A stretch of DNA of 64,000 bases from Mycobacteriales bacterium (GTDB lineage: Bacteria > Actinomycetota > Actinomycetes > Mycobacteriales > JACQDL01), in the NCBI GenBank assembly GCA_035476575.1, contig DATILL010000020.1, forward strand, positions 307 through 64,306, given 5' to 3'. Below, in pieces: positions 9,269 to 18,334 of the stretch. Position numbers and translations under genes: made by a program. Every line of letters begins with the position of its first letter. Within the stretch, counting starts at the first letter, position 1. The notes under the pieces are model-generated. The model was not told the DNA's origin and ran no database searches. It worked only from the letters and a program-made list of their open reading frames with translations.

Positions 9269-10428
9269 CCACCCAAACCGAGGCGCTGCGCGAGCTGGTG
9301 CGCCGGGCCGCCGCACAGCACCCGTACTTCGCCCGCAAGTACGCCGGGCTCGACCTCGACGGCGACTTCGACCTCGCCGTGGTGCCGGAGATGACCCGCG
9401 AGGACGTCACCGCGTCGGCGCTGAAGGCCGCGCGGACGGTGCCCCGGCCCACGGGGGCGTACCTGTTCACCAGCGGGGGCAGCACCGCCGAGCCGAAGAT
9501 CGCCTGGATACCGTGCGAGATGCACCTGCCGGCGCTGCTGCCGCACTGGCGGCCGCTCGGCCCCGACGACGTGTTCGCGAACCTGGCCATGCCGGGCCGG
9601 CTGTGGTCGGCGCACTACTTCTACAACCGGGTCGCCGAGCACTGCGGGGCCGACGTCATCGGCCTCGGACATGTGGCTGAGGACGAGCTGGCCCAGTGGC
9701 TGGGCTTCTTGCGGCGCCACGGCACCACTGCGCTCGCCGGTACGCCGTCGCAGCTCGCCAGCGTGCTGCGGACCGGACACCCGCTGCTCGGCCAGCTCCG
9801 CGCGGCGATCTTCTTCGGGGAGGCGTGCGATCCCGAGCTGCTGCGGCTGCGCGACAGCCACGCGCCCCACCTGGGCCTGTGGGGCAACTACGGCTCCACC
9901 GAGACGTGGGTGATCGGCCACAACGGCCCGGACTGCGCGGTGGACACCTTCCACGTGCTGCCGTACCAGCACGTCGAGCTGGTCGACGGCGCGGTGCTGG
10001 TCAGCACGCTGCACGAGGCGGCGGTGAGCCCGGTCATCCGGTACCGCATCGGCGACCGGGCCGAGCTGGCCGAGTGCCGCTGCGGCCGGGGCGGGCTGGC
10101 GCTGAGGGTGCTCGGCCGCGAGGGAGCGCTGATCAAGTTCGCCGGCACGCTGGTCAGCCCGTGGGAGCTGGTCGAGCTGGCCCGCATCGCGCCGGGCGTC
10201 CAGGCAGCACAGGCGGCGCTGGTCGCCGACGGGCCGGCGGAGGTCCTGGAGATCCGGCTGGTCGGGAGCGGCGCGGACGCCGGTGCGGTGCGCGAGCGGC
10301 TGCTGGGCTCCCAGATTGACCTGCGGTTCGCGCTGCGCGGCGAGGAGGACACCTTCCGGGTGCGGCTGGTGGACCGGTTGGAGACCAGCTCGCGGACGGC
10401 CAAGACTCCCACGCTGGTGCGGCAATGA
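9265..10428 (+). CDS. PaaK/F390 synthetase-like adenylate-forming ligase (second copy)
   Basis: ATGA-coupled start, RBS GAAGGAG. FTSGGSTAEPK and YGSTETW motifs. Related to the protein at 4632-5948. Confidence 0.75.
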   Translation: MTTQTEALRELVRRAAAQHPYFARKYAGLDLDGDFDLAVVPEMTREDVTASALKAARTVPRPTGAYLFTSGGSTAEPKIAWIPCEMHLPALLPHWRPLGPDDVFANLAMPGRLWSAHYFYNRVAEHCGADVIGLGHVAEDELAQWLGFLRRHGTTALAGTPSQLASVLRTGHPLLGQLRAAIFFGEACDPELLRLRDSHAPHLGLWGNYGSTETWVIGHNGPDCAVDTFHVLPYQHVELVDGAVLVSTLHEAAVSPVIRYRIGDRAELAECRCGRGGLALRVLGREGALIKFAGTLVSPWELVELARIAPGVQAAQAALVADGPAEVLEIRLVGSGADAGAVRERLLGSQIDLRFALRGEEDTFRVRLVDRLETSSRTAKTPTLVRQ

Positions 10429-11699
10429 CAGCGCTCACGTCCCCGCTGCTGCTGCCGCTGGCCGAGCGCCGCCGCCGGCTCGCGGCCGGCGACCTGGACC
10501 CGGAGGAGTACCGGCGGGAGCTGGTCGAGCACATCCGCGCGCGGGACCCCGAGGTCCGGGCGTTCACCGACTGGCGGCCCGGCGACTCGGCCAGCCCAGC
10601 GCTGCCATGGGCACCATCGGTCACGTACAAGGACACCATCGACGTGGCCGGCCACCCGACCAGGCTCGGCATCCGGTCCGGCTACCGCCGCTATCCCACC
10701 CGGTCAGCCGAGGTGGCCGACCGGCTCGCCGGCCGCAGCCTGGTCTGCGTCGGCAAGGTCAGCACCACCGAGTGCGCGCTCGGTACGGTCCGGCCGAGCG
10801 CCAACCCCACCTATCCAGGGCTGTCCGCGGCCGGATCCAGCACCGGCTCGGCAGTCTCGGTCGCCGCCGGGCTCTGCGACGTGTCGGTCGGTACCGACTC
10901 CGGCGGCTCGCTGCGCTGGCCCGCGGTGTACTGCGGGGTGACGGCGCTACGGATCACGCCGCGGCCGGAGCTGCTCGCCGGGGTGCACGCGGTGGCGCCC
11001 AGCCTGGAGTCGGTCGGCCTGGTCACCCGTACCCCGGCCGACCTGGCCTGGCTGTGGCGCACCTACCGGCTGGCCACGGCGTTCGACCTCCCGGCCGTAC
11101 CGGCCCCGACGCGGCTCCGGGTCGCGGTCAGCGCTCCGCCGGGCGAGCCGCTGCATCCGGAGCTGGCCGCGCTGCTCGGAACGGTCCGCGACCGGCTGGC
11201 CGCGGACCACGACGTGACCGAGCCGCCGCTGCCCGAGCTGTGGGCGGTGCGCGCGCCGGCCGCCGAGCTGCTCGCCCGCGAGGCCCGCGACAGCCTCGCC
11301 CCGCTGGCCGGGGTGGATCTCGGCACCGACACGCTGCGCGCGACCGAGGCCGGCGCCCGGGTTGACGACGCCCGGTACGCCGCGCTGCGCGAGCGGCAGC
11401 GTACCGCCGAGACGTATCTCGCCGACCTGCTCCGTACCCGGTACGACATCGTGATCATGCCGCTGGAGGCCGACCTGCCGGATCGGGCCGACCGCCCAGC
11501 CGGTACCTCGGTGGCGCTGTCCGCCGGCCCACCCGCGCTGACCCTGGTGGCCAACATCGGCCGGCTGCCCGTACTGGCCCTACCACTGGGCCACTCCACC
11601 GACGGCTCTCCGCTCGGCGTACAGGTGCTCGCCGCCCCGGGCGCGGATGACCTGCTGGTCTCCGTGGCCCAGCTCCTTACCGAAGGGACCCACCGATGA
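10425..11699 (+). CDS. Amidase-signature (GatA-like) enzyme
   Basis: YKDTIDVAG (catalytic Lys), GSSTGSAVSVAAG and GTDSGGSLRWPA (Ser-cisSer-Lys signature blocks). Confidence 0.85.
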   Translation: MTALTSPLLLPLAERRRRLAAGDLDPEEYRRELVEHIRARDPEVRAFTDWRPGDSASPALPWAPSVTYKDTIDVAGHPTRLGIRSGYRRYPTRSAEVADRLAGRSLVCVGKVSTTECALGTVRPSANPTYPGLSAAGSSTGSAVSVAAGLCDVSVGTDSGGSLRWPAVYCGVTALRITPRPELLAGVHAVAPSLESVGLVTRTPADLAWLWRTYRLATAFDLPAVPAPTRLRVAVSAPPGEPLHPELAALLGTVRDRLAADHDVTEPPLPELWAVRAPAAELLAREARDSLAPLAGVDLGTDTLRATEAGARVDDARYAALRERQRTAETYLADLLRTRYDIVIMPLEADLPDRADRPAGTSVALSAGPPALTLVANIGRLPVLALPLGHSTDGSPLGVQVLAAPGADDLLVSVAQLLTEGTHR

Positions 11700-12988
11700 C
11701 GGCCGACGCGGTCGTGCTGCTCGGCGCGATGTTCGCCGCCCGCTACCCCAACCTCGTCCCCGCCGCGACCCGGCGCGGGCTCACCGTGCTCGGCATCGAC
11801 TCGCCAACCCCGGGCCATCGCCGCTACGACACCGCCCGCCGGGAGAACGCCGGCCACCCGCTCGCCGGCGTCGCCGAGCTGGCCTGGCTGGCCGGCGACC
11901 GGCACGAGGAGGTGCTGGACCAGGTCATCCGCTGGCAGCGCGACCACCGGGTCCGGGCCGTGGTCGCGGTCGGGGAGGACTTCGTCGAGGCCGCCGGGGT
12001 CGTCACCGACTACCTCGGCCTGCCCTCGCCGGGTCTGCGGGCCAGCCGGGTATGCCGCAACAAGCTGTTGCAGCGGCGGTACCAGGCCGAGCACGGCCCG
12101 GTGTCCTGGCTGCTGCCGCCCGCCGACAGGCTTGCGCGCGCCCAGGAATGGACGGACTTCCCGGCGGTGGTCAAGCCGCTGCGCGGGGAGGCCAGCTCGG
12201 GCGTACGCCGGGTCGTCGACCGGGCCGAGCTGCTGGCCACGCTGGGCGAGTACGACGCCGACGAGCCGGTGCTGCTGGAGCAGCTTGTCACCGGCCATGA
12301 GATCTCGGTCGAGTCGCTGGTACAGGGTGGGGAGGTCCGGTTCGCCTCCGCCACCGGCAAGCGCACCAACGAGCGCGGCGGCACCTACTTCGTGGAGATG
12401 GGTCACACTGCCCCCGACCCGGGGCTGGCCGAGCCCACCCGGGCGGCGGTGCTGGCCACCAACGCTGCGGTACTGCGCCGGCTGGCGTTCGCCGACGGCA
12501 TCGCCCACGCCGAGTACCGGATCGGCGCCGGCGGCCGGGTGTACCTGATGGAGGTCGCCGCCCGCGCCGCCGGTGACAGCATCCTCACCCTGTACCACCT
12601 CGCCACCGGCCAGCCGATGGAGGAGGCGCTGCTGGCGATCGCCCTCGGCGAGCCGGTGAGCTACCCGGCGCCGACCCGGTACGCCCGCCAGGTCTACCTC
12701 GAGCACCAGCCTGGCGTGCTGGCCGACGTCACCGTCGACGGCCTCGACACCGCGGTGACCTGGCTGTCACAGCGATGGATGTGGCCGGCGGTGACCCCCC
12801 GTACCGACAAGCTCGGGACCATCCACATGATCGTCGCCGGCCGCGACCGGGGCGCCGAGCTGGGCGAGATCCGGCAGTCCTCCGATCGCTCGGTGATGTA
12901 CGTCATCGACGCGGCCACCCCCGCCGAGCTGGACGCGCTGGAGGCGCGCTGCGCCAAGGCGATCACGATCGAGATGAGGAGTGGCTGA
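11696..12988 (+). CDS. ATP-grasp carboxylate-amine ligase
   Basis: RVCRNKLLQRR...FPAVVKPLRGEASSGV...VLLEQLVTGHEISVES...HAEYR...YLMEVAARAAGDSI is the classical ATP-grasp fold pattern seen in L-amino-acid-ligase-type enzymes. Confidence 0.8.
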   Translation: MTADAVVLLGAMFAARYPNLVPAATRRGLTVLGIDSPTPGHRRYDTARRENAGHPLAGVAELAWLAGDRHEEVLDQVIRWQRDHRVRAVVAVGEDFVEAAGVVTDYLGLPSPGLRASRVCRNKLLQRRYQAEHGPVSWLLPPADRLARAQEWTDFPAVVKPLRGEASSGVRRVVDRAELLATLGEYDADEPVLLEQLVTGHEISVESLVQGGEVRFASATGKRTNERGGTYFVEMGHTAPDPGLAEPTRAAVLATNAAVLRRLAFADGIAHAEYRIGAGGRVYLMEVAARAAGDSILTLYHLATGQPMEEALLAIALGEPVSYPAPTRYARQVYLEHQPGVLADVTVDGLDTAVTWLSQRWMWPAVTPRTDKLGTIHMIVAGRDRGAELGEIRQSSDRSVMYVIDAATPAELDALEARCAKAITIEMRSG

Positions 12989-14285
12989 GGTGGCCGTCAC
13001 CACCACGCTGCGGGCGCTTGCCCACGAGCGCGCCCAACCGCTGCGCCAGCGCAGCTACCGCCGCATTGCCGCGGCCATGCTGGTCACCAACATGGGCAAC
13101 GGCATGCAGTTCGTCGCCAACGTCTGGCTGATCCTGACCCTGACCGGCAGCCCGCGCGCGGTCGCCCTGGTCCTGCTCACCGCCGCCATCCCCGGGGTGA
13201 TCTTCGGCCCGGTGATTGGCGTGGCCATCGACCGGTTCCACCGGCGCTGGGTGTACGTGACCGCCGACATCGTCGCCGGATCGGTGCTAGCGACGATGCT
13301 GCTGCTGCGGCTCACCGGGTCGCTGCAGACCTGGCAGGTCTTCGCGATGGTGTTCCTGCTCGGGCTGACCGAGTCGACCGCGGTTCCGACCGGGACGACG
13401 CTGGTTCGCGAGATCGTGCCGGTGCGCGGGCTGCTCGCGGCCAACGCCACCACCGGAGTCGCGGTGCAGATCGGCAACGTCACCGGCGCCGCCGTGGGTG
13501 GCGTGCTGATCGCGGTGACCTCGGTCGATGCGGTGCTGGCGGCCAACCTCGCGTCGTTCGTCATCTCGGCGCTGTTTATCGCCGGGGTGCACACGACGCG
13601 GCGGATCGAGAAGGCCGGCGGTGACGGCTGGCGGGCGTCGATCCGGCGGGCGGCCAGCGGTGTCACGTACCTCCGCGAGCACCCCAAGATGGTCCCGTCG
13701 TACCTGATGCTGCTGGTGCTGTTCGCCGTGCTGTACCTGCTGAACACGCTGCTCGCCCCGTACGCCATCGACGTTCTCGCGGTCGGGGCGCAGGGGCTGG
13801 GGCTGATCGACGCGATGTTCGCCCTCGGCGCGATCCTGGGCGGGCTGGCCCTGCCGCTGCTGACCGCCCGGCTGAACCGCGACCGGCTGGCCGGCATCGG
13901 GGTGATCGGCCTGGGCATCGCGCTGGTCGGGCTCGGCGGGGCTGACGGGCTCGCCGCGCCGATGCTGCTGTACGCGCTGTCCGGGGTGAGCTTCCAGTCG
14001 TTCTACATCTTCCGCACGCGGGTGCAGGAACAGGTGCCGATCGGCCTGCAGGGGCGGGTGATGGCGCTGCTGATCACCAGCGTCGGGCTGTGCCGGCTCG
14101 CGGTCTACGGCCTGCTGGCGATCTTCATCTCGGAGGTCACGCTGCGGGCGATCTACGCCGGCGGTGGGATTGCGCTTGCTCTGCTCGGTGTGGCCGTCAC
14201 CGTCCGCGCCTTCCAGCGGCCGTTCGCCTCGGCGCCGCCGGAAACCGACGACGTGCTCGAACCGGTCGCTGTGGGAGGGAGCTGA
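12981..14285 (+). CDS. MFS transporter (EntS/MFS_3-like), putative exporter
   Basis: 434 aa, 12 predicted TM. A GTG start at 12981 or 12990 is possible, and 12990 has better spacing from GAGGAG. Confidence 0.8.
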   Translation: MAEVAVTTTLRALAHERAQPLRQRSYRRIAAAMLVTNMGNGMQFVANVWLILTLTGSPRAVALVLLTAAIPGVIFGPVIGVAIDRFHRRWVYVTADIVAGSVLATMLLLRLTGSLQTWQVFAMVFLLGLTESTAVPTGTTLVREIVPVRGLLAANATTGVAVQIGNVTGAAVGGVLIAVTSVDAVLAANLASFVISALFIAGVHTTRRIEKAGGDGWRASIRRAASGVTYLREHPKMVPSYLMLLVLFAVLYLLNTLLAPYAIDVLAVGAQGLGLIDAMFALGAILGGLALPLLTARLNRDRLAGIGVIGLGIALVGLGGADGLAAPMLLYALSGVSFQSFYIFRTRVQEQVPIGLQGRVMALLITSVGLCRLAVYGLLAIFISEVTLRAIYAGGGIALALLGVAVTVRAFQRPFASAPPETDDVLEPVAVGGS

Positions 14286-14288
14286 GCC

Positions 14289-15581
14289 ATGCCGAACCCT
14301 GCTGTGCTGCTGCTGGGTGGCCTCTCGGTCGCCTGGAACCAGCGATATCTGGACGCCGCACATGCCCGCGGCCTCGCCGTCCTGGTCGCCGACGCGCCCG
14401 GCCCGCACGTCGCGCCGCTGCTCGCCGGCTGGCCGGCCAGCCGCCCGCTGGCCGAGGTCGCCGAGCTGCCGCCTGGCGACGTGGCCGGCATCGTGGACCG
14501 GGCCGCCACCTGGTCGGCACGGTACGACATCCGCGGCGTGTGCTGCCTGCGCGAGGAGTACGTCGAGGCGACCGCCTGGGTGGCCGACCTGCTGGCGCTG
14601 CCCGCACCGGGCCTGCGGGCCGCCCGGGTGTGCCGCAACAAGTACCTGCAGCGCCGCTACCTCGCGGCCTGGAGCCCGGCCGCTGAGCTGGTCGGGCCGG
14701 ACCGGCGAGCCGACGCGGTCCAGGAGTGGACCCGGTTCCCGCTGGTGGTCAAGCCGGTCGGCCGGCTGGCCAGCTCCGGGGTGCGGCTGGTCAGCGGGTC
14801 GTGGGAGCTGCGGGACTGCTTTGCCGACTACGGAGCGGACGAGGTGCTGCTGTTCGAGGAGCGGCTCCTCGGGCAGGAGTACTCGGTCGAGTCACTCAGC
14901 CAGTCCGGGCAGCTCCGCTACACCGAGGTCACCGAGAAGCGGACCACCGAGCACGGGTCGGCGTACTTCGTCGAGATGGGCCACACCACGCCCGCGCCGG
15001 GCCTGGTCGCGACCGACCGCACCGCGCTGCTGGCCGCCCACGAGGCGGTGCTGGCCCGGCTGGGCTTCGGCACCGGGATGGCCCACGCGGAGTACCGGCT
15101 GACCGGCGACGGAGCGGTACGGCTGATCGAGATCGCGGTCCGCCCACCGGGCGACAGCATCCTGGCGCTGCACTGGCTCGCGACCGGTACGCCCCTGGAG
15201 GACGCCCTGGTCGGGCTCGCCGTGGGGGAGCCGGTGGCCATCCCGACCGCCCGCCGGTACGCGCGCCAGGTGTACCTGCCGCATGACGCGGGGGTGCTGG
15301 ACGGGTTGACCGTCGATCCGGCGCTCGGGGTGCGGCCGCTGTGGTTCAGCCCAGCCGAGGTGCGCGCGCAGGTAGCCGCGGCCGGAGCGGCCGGGGACCC
15401 GCCGGCGCTGCGCTGCGTCATGGCGCTCAAGCCGGCCGGCACGCCGCTGGCACCGATCCGCGAGTCAGGGGACCGGGCCGCGATGTTCGTGCTGGATGCC
15501 GCCACACCCGCGGAGCTGGATGAGCTCGAGGCTCGGTGCCGGGCGGCGATCACGGTACGGGTCACGCCGGACAAGAACTGA
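14289..15581 (+). CDS. ATP-grasp carboxylate-amine ligase (second copy)
   Basis: Colinear paralogue of 11696-12988 (RVCRNKYLQRR...FPLVVKPVGRLASSGV...HAEYR...LIEIAVRPPGDSI). Confidence 0.8.
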   Translation: MPNPAVLLLGGLSVAWNQRYLDAAHARGLAVLVADAPGPHVAPLLAGWPASRPLAEVAELPPGDVAGIVDRAATWSARYDIRGVCCLREEYVEATAWVADLLALPAPGLRAARVCRNKYLQRRYLAAWSPAAELVGPDRRADAVQEWTRFPLVVKPVGRLASSGVRLVSGSWELRDCFADYGADEVLLFEERLLGQEYSVESLSQSGQLRYTEVTEKRTTEHGSAYFVEMGHTTPAPGLVATDRTALLAAHEAVLARLGFGTGMAHAEYRLTGDGAVRLIEIAVRPPGDSILALHWLATGTPLEDALVGLAVGEPVAIPTARRYARQVYLPHDAGVLDGLTVDPALGVRPLWFSPAEVRAQVAAAGAAGDPPALRCVMALKPAGTPLAPIRESGDRAAMFVLDAATPAELDELEARCRAAITVRVTPDKN

Positions 15582-15620
15582 CTGAGCAACCTGTCTGAAC
15601 AAACTATCGGGGGGATAACG

Positions 15621-16787
15621 GTGATAGCGCTTACCTCGCTGCGAGGGGCAGCGCAGGCCGCATCGGACTGGCCGGCCCAGGCCGACCTCGCCAGCGTGGC
15701 GACCGAGCTGGGCAGGCGGCCGCCGCTGGTCGCCGCCGCCGACTGCCGATCACTACGGGACCGGCTCACCGAGGTCGCGGCCGGCCGGGGCTTCCTGGTC
15801 CAGGCCGGCGACTGTGCCGAGCTGTTCGACGAGGTCTCGGCCCACACGACCACACGCAAGGCCGCCCAGCTCGCCGAGCTGGCCGACCTGGTCGAGGCGC
15901 GCAGCGGGCTGCCGGCGGTGAGCGTCGGCCGGATCGCCGGCCAGTTCGCCAAGCCGCGGTCGCACCAGACCGAGACCGGGCCGGGTGACCTCGAGCTGCC
16001 GGTCTACCGCGGCGACGCGGTGAACGGCGCGGCCGCCACGCCCGCCGCCCGCCGGCCCGACCCGCGCCGGATGCTGACCGCCTACGACAAGTCCGCGGTC
16101 GTGCTCGGCCACCTGGCCGGCAGCTACCCGACGGTGTACGCGAGCCACGAGGCGCTGCTGTTGCCGTACGAGACCGCGCTGCTCCGCACCGACGCCGCCA
16201 CCGGTTCCCGGTACGGCTCCTCGGCGCACCTGCTGTGGGTGGGGGAGCGGACCCGCCAGCCGGACGGCCCCTGGGTGGAGCTGCTGGCCGAGGTAGCCAA
16301 CCCGGTCGCGGTGAAGCTCGGCCCGACCGCGACCCCGGCCGACGTGACCGCGCTGCTGCGGCGCCTGAACCCGGCCGGTGAGCCGGGCCGGCTGGTGTTC
16401 ATCGCCCGGATCGGCGCGGACCGGGTGGCTGACGTGCTACCGGACCTGGTCGCGGCGGCCGGTACCGCCCAGCCGGTATGGATCTGTGACCCGATGCACG
16501 GCAACACCGTCCGCCACCCGGACGGCCGCAAGACGCGGGCGCTCGCGGACATCCTGGCCGATGTCAGCGGGTTCGTCCGCGTGCTGCGGGGCGCTGGCGG
16601 GCACCCCGGCGGTATCCACCTGGAGACCTCCCCGGACGACGTCACCGAGTGCGTCGGCAGCCGGGCCGACATCGCCGGCGCGTCGCTGCCGCGGTACTGG
16701 ACCGGCTGCGACCCCCGGCTCAACCCCGGCCAGGCCCGGGCCGTGGTGGCCGCCTTCGTCGAGGCGCTGGACTCATGCTCGGGCTAG
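15621..16787 (+). CDS. Class II 3-deoxy-7-phosphoheptulonate (DAHP) synthase
   Basis: RIAGQFAKPRS and CDPMHGNT class II DAHPS motifs. At 388 aa it is short, like pathway-dedicated copies. Confidence 0.85.
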   Translation: MIALTSLRGAAQAASDWPAQADLASVATELGRRPPLVAAADCRSLRDRLTEVAAGRGFLVQAGDCAELFDEVSAHTTTRKAAQLAELADLVEARSGLPAVSVGRIAGQFAKPRSHQTETGPGDLELPVYRGDAVNGAAATPAARRPDPRRMLTAYDKSAVVLGHLAGSYPTVYASHEALLLPYETALLRTDAATGSRYGSSAHLLWVGERTRQPDGPWVELLAEVANPVAVKLGPTATPADVTALLRRLNPAGEPGRLVFIARIGADRVADVLPDLVAAAGTAQPVWICDPMHGNTVRHPDGRKTRALADILADVSGFVRVLRGAGGHPGGIHLETSPDDVTECVGSRADIAGASLPRYWTGCDPRLNPGQARAVVAAFVEALDSCSG

Positions 16788-18334
16788 ACACGCTGACCCC
16801 GCGCGAGGTGGCCCGGCTCGCCCGCCAGCCCGGGGCCCGGATCGAGCTGCCGGAGCCGGCCGCGGACCGGATGGCCGCCTCGGTGCTGCTGCGCGACGAG
16901 CTGGTCGCCACCGGCCAGCCGATCTACGGCGTGACGACCGGCTTCGGGGCCAACAACATCAACCACATCTCGGCCGCCCGGGCCACCGCCTTGCAGGCCA
17001 ACCTGGTCGAGTACCACCTGGTCGGCAGCGGCCCGCTCGCGGCGCCCGAGGTGGTCCGGGCGACCATGCTGATCCGGGCCAACTGCCTCGCCCGCGGCCG
17101 GTCCGGGGTACGGCCGGAGGTCGTGCGGCTGCTGCTCGACTGCCTCGCCCACGACATCCTGCCGCCGATCCCCGAGCGCGGCTCGGTCGGCGCGAGCGGT
17201 GACCTGGTACCGCTGTGCTACCTGGCGAACCTCCTGGTCGGCCGGGGCGAGGCGGTGGTCGCGGGACGGTGGCAGCCGGCCGACCAGGCGCTGCTGACCC
17301 ACGGGCTGCGGCCGCTCGCCCTGCAGCCGAAGGAGGCGCTCGGCCTGATCAACGGCACGTCGTTCATGGCCGGCTTCGCGGTCCTCGCGGCGGCCGGCGC
17401 GGCCGAGCTGGCCCACGCCGCCGAGGTGTGCACCGCGCTCACGGTCGAGGCGCTGCGCGGCAACCGCGGCCCGTACGAGCCGGACACCCACCGGCACAAG
17501 CCGCACCCGGGCCAGCAGCGCAGCGCCGCGGCGGTACGCGGGCTGCTGGCCGGCTCGACCCTGGCCTGCGACCACGACGAGGTGCTGCGGGCCAACCCCG
17601 CCCTCGCCGGCCGGGCGCACCAGCGGCTGGACCACCCGATCCAGGACCGGTACTCGCTGCGCTGCGCCCCGCACGTGATCGGCGTGCTGCGCGACACCCT
17701 GGACTGGGTCGACCGCTGGCTGCACGTGGAGATCAACTCGACCAACGACAACCCGCTGTTCGACCCCGACACCGGCCAGGCGCACAGCGGCGGCAACTTC
17801 TACGGCGGCCATGTCGGCCTCGCGATGGACACCCTCAAGGTGGCCGTGGCGAGCGTGGGCGACCTGCTCGACCGGCAGCTCGCCCTGGTGGTCGACGACA
17901 AGTACAGCAACGGCCTGCCCGCCGGCCTGGTGACCACCGGCGGCGGGCTGCACCACGGCTTCAAGGGCGTGCAGCTCGCCTGCTCCGCGGTCGTTGCCGA
18001 GGCGCTCAAGCTGGGCATGCCGGCCACCGCGTTCTCCCGCTCTACCGAGGCACACAACCAGGACAAGGTGAGCATGGGCACGATCGCCGCCCGCGACGCC
18101 CGCACCGCCGTGGAGCTGGTGGGCCAGGCGACCGCGCTGCACCTGACCGCGCTGTGCCAGGCCGTCGACCTGCGCGGGGTGGACCGGCTCGGCGCCGGCA
18201 CCCGCGCCGCGTACAACCTGGTACGCAAGCACGTCGGCTTCGTCGACCGGGACCGGCGGCTCGACACCGAGGTGGCCGCGCTCGCCGAGGCGATCGCCAC
18301 CGGGGCGCTACGAGAGGCGGTCGGCGATGCGTGA
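16775..18334 (+). CDS. MIO-dependent aromatic amino acid ammonia-lyase/aminomutase (HAL/PAL/TAL/TAM family)
   Basis: GSVGASGDLVPL (Ala-Ser-Gly MIO triad), YGVTTGFG, NDNPL. ATG 16775 overlaps the DAHPS gene by 13 nt. Confidence 0.9.
   Translation: MLGLDTLTPREVARLARQPGARIELPEPAADRMAASVLLRDELVATGQPIYGVTTGFGANNINHISAARATALQANLVEYHLVGSGPLAAPEVVRATMLIRANCLARGRSGVRPEVVRLLLDCLAHDILPPIPERGSVGASGDLVPLCYLANLLVGRGEAVVAGRWQPADQALLTHGLRPLALQPKEALGLINGTSFMAGFAVLAAAGAAELAHAAEVCTALTVEALRGNRGPYEPDTHRHKPHPGQQRSAAAVRGLLAGSTLACDHDEVLRANPALAGRAHQRLDHPIQDRYSLRCAPHVIGVLRDTLDWVDRWLHVEINSTNDNPLFDPDTGQAHSGGNFYGGHVGLAMDTLKVAVASVGDLLDRQLALVVDDKYSNGLPAGLVTTGGGLHHGFKGVQLACSAVVAEALKLGMPATAFSRSTEAHNQDKVSMGTIAARDARTAVELVGQATALHLTALCQAVDLRGVDRLGAGTRAAYNLVRKHVGFVDRDRRLDTEVAALAEAIATGALREAVGDA

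Noticed and set aside
5720-9316. 1198-aa minus-strand ORF. Similar giant antisense ORFs occur at 49489-52557, 18042-20099, 60269-62044, 34759-36300 and 16784-18232.
   Set aside because: These are shadow ORFs typical of high-GC DNA. They run antisense to genes with strong motif support and have Arg/Pro/Gly/Ala-rich low-complexity translations with no recognisable domains.
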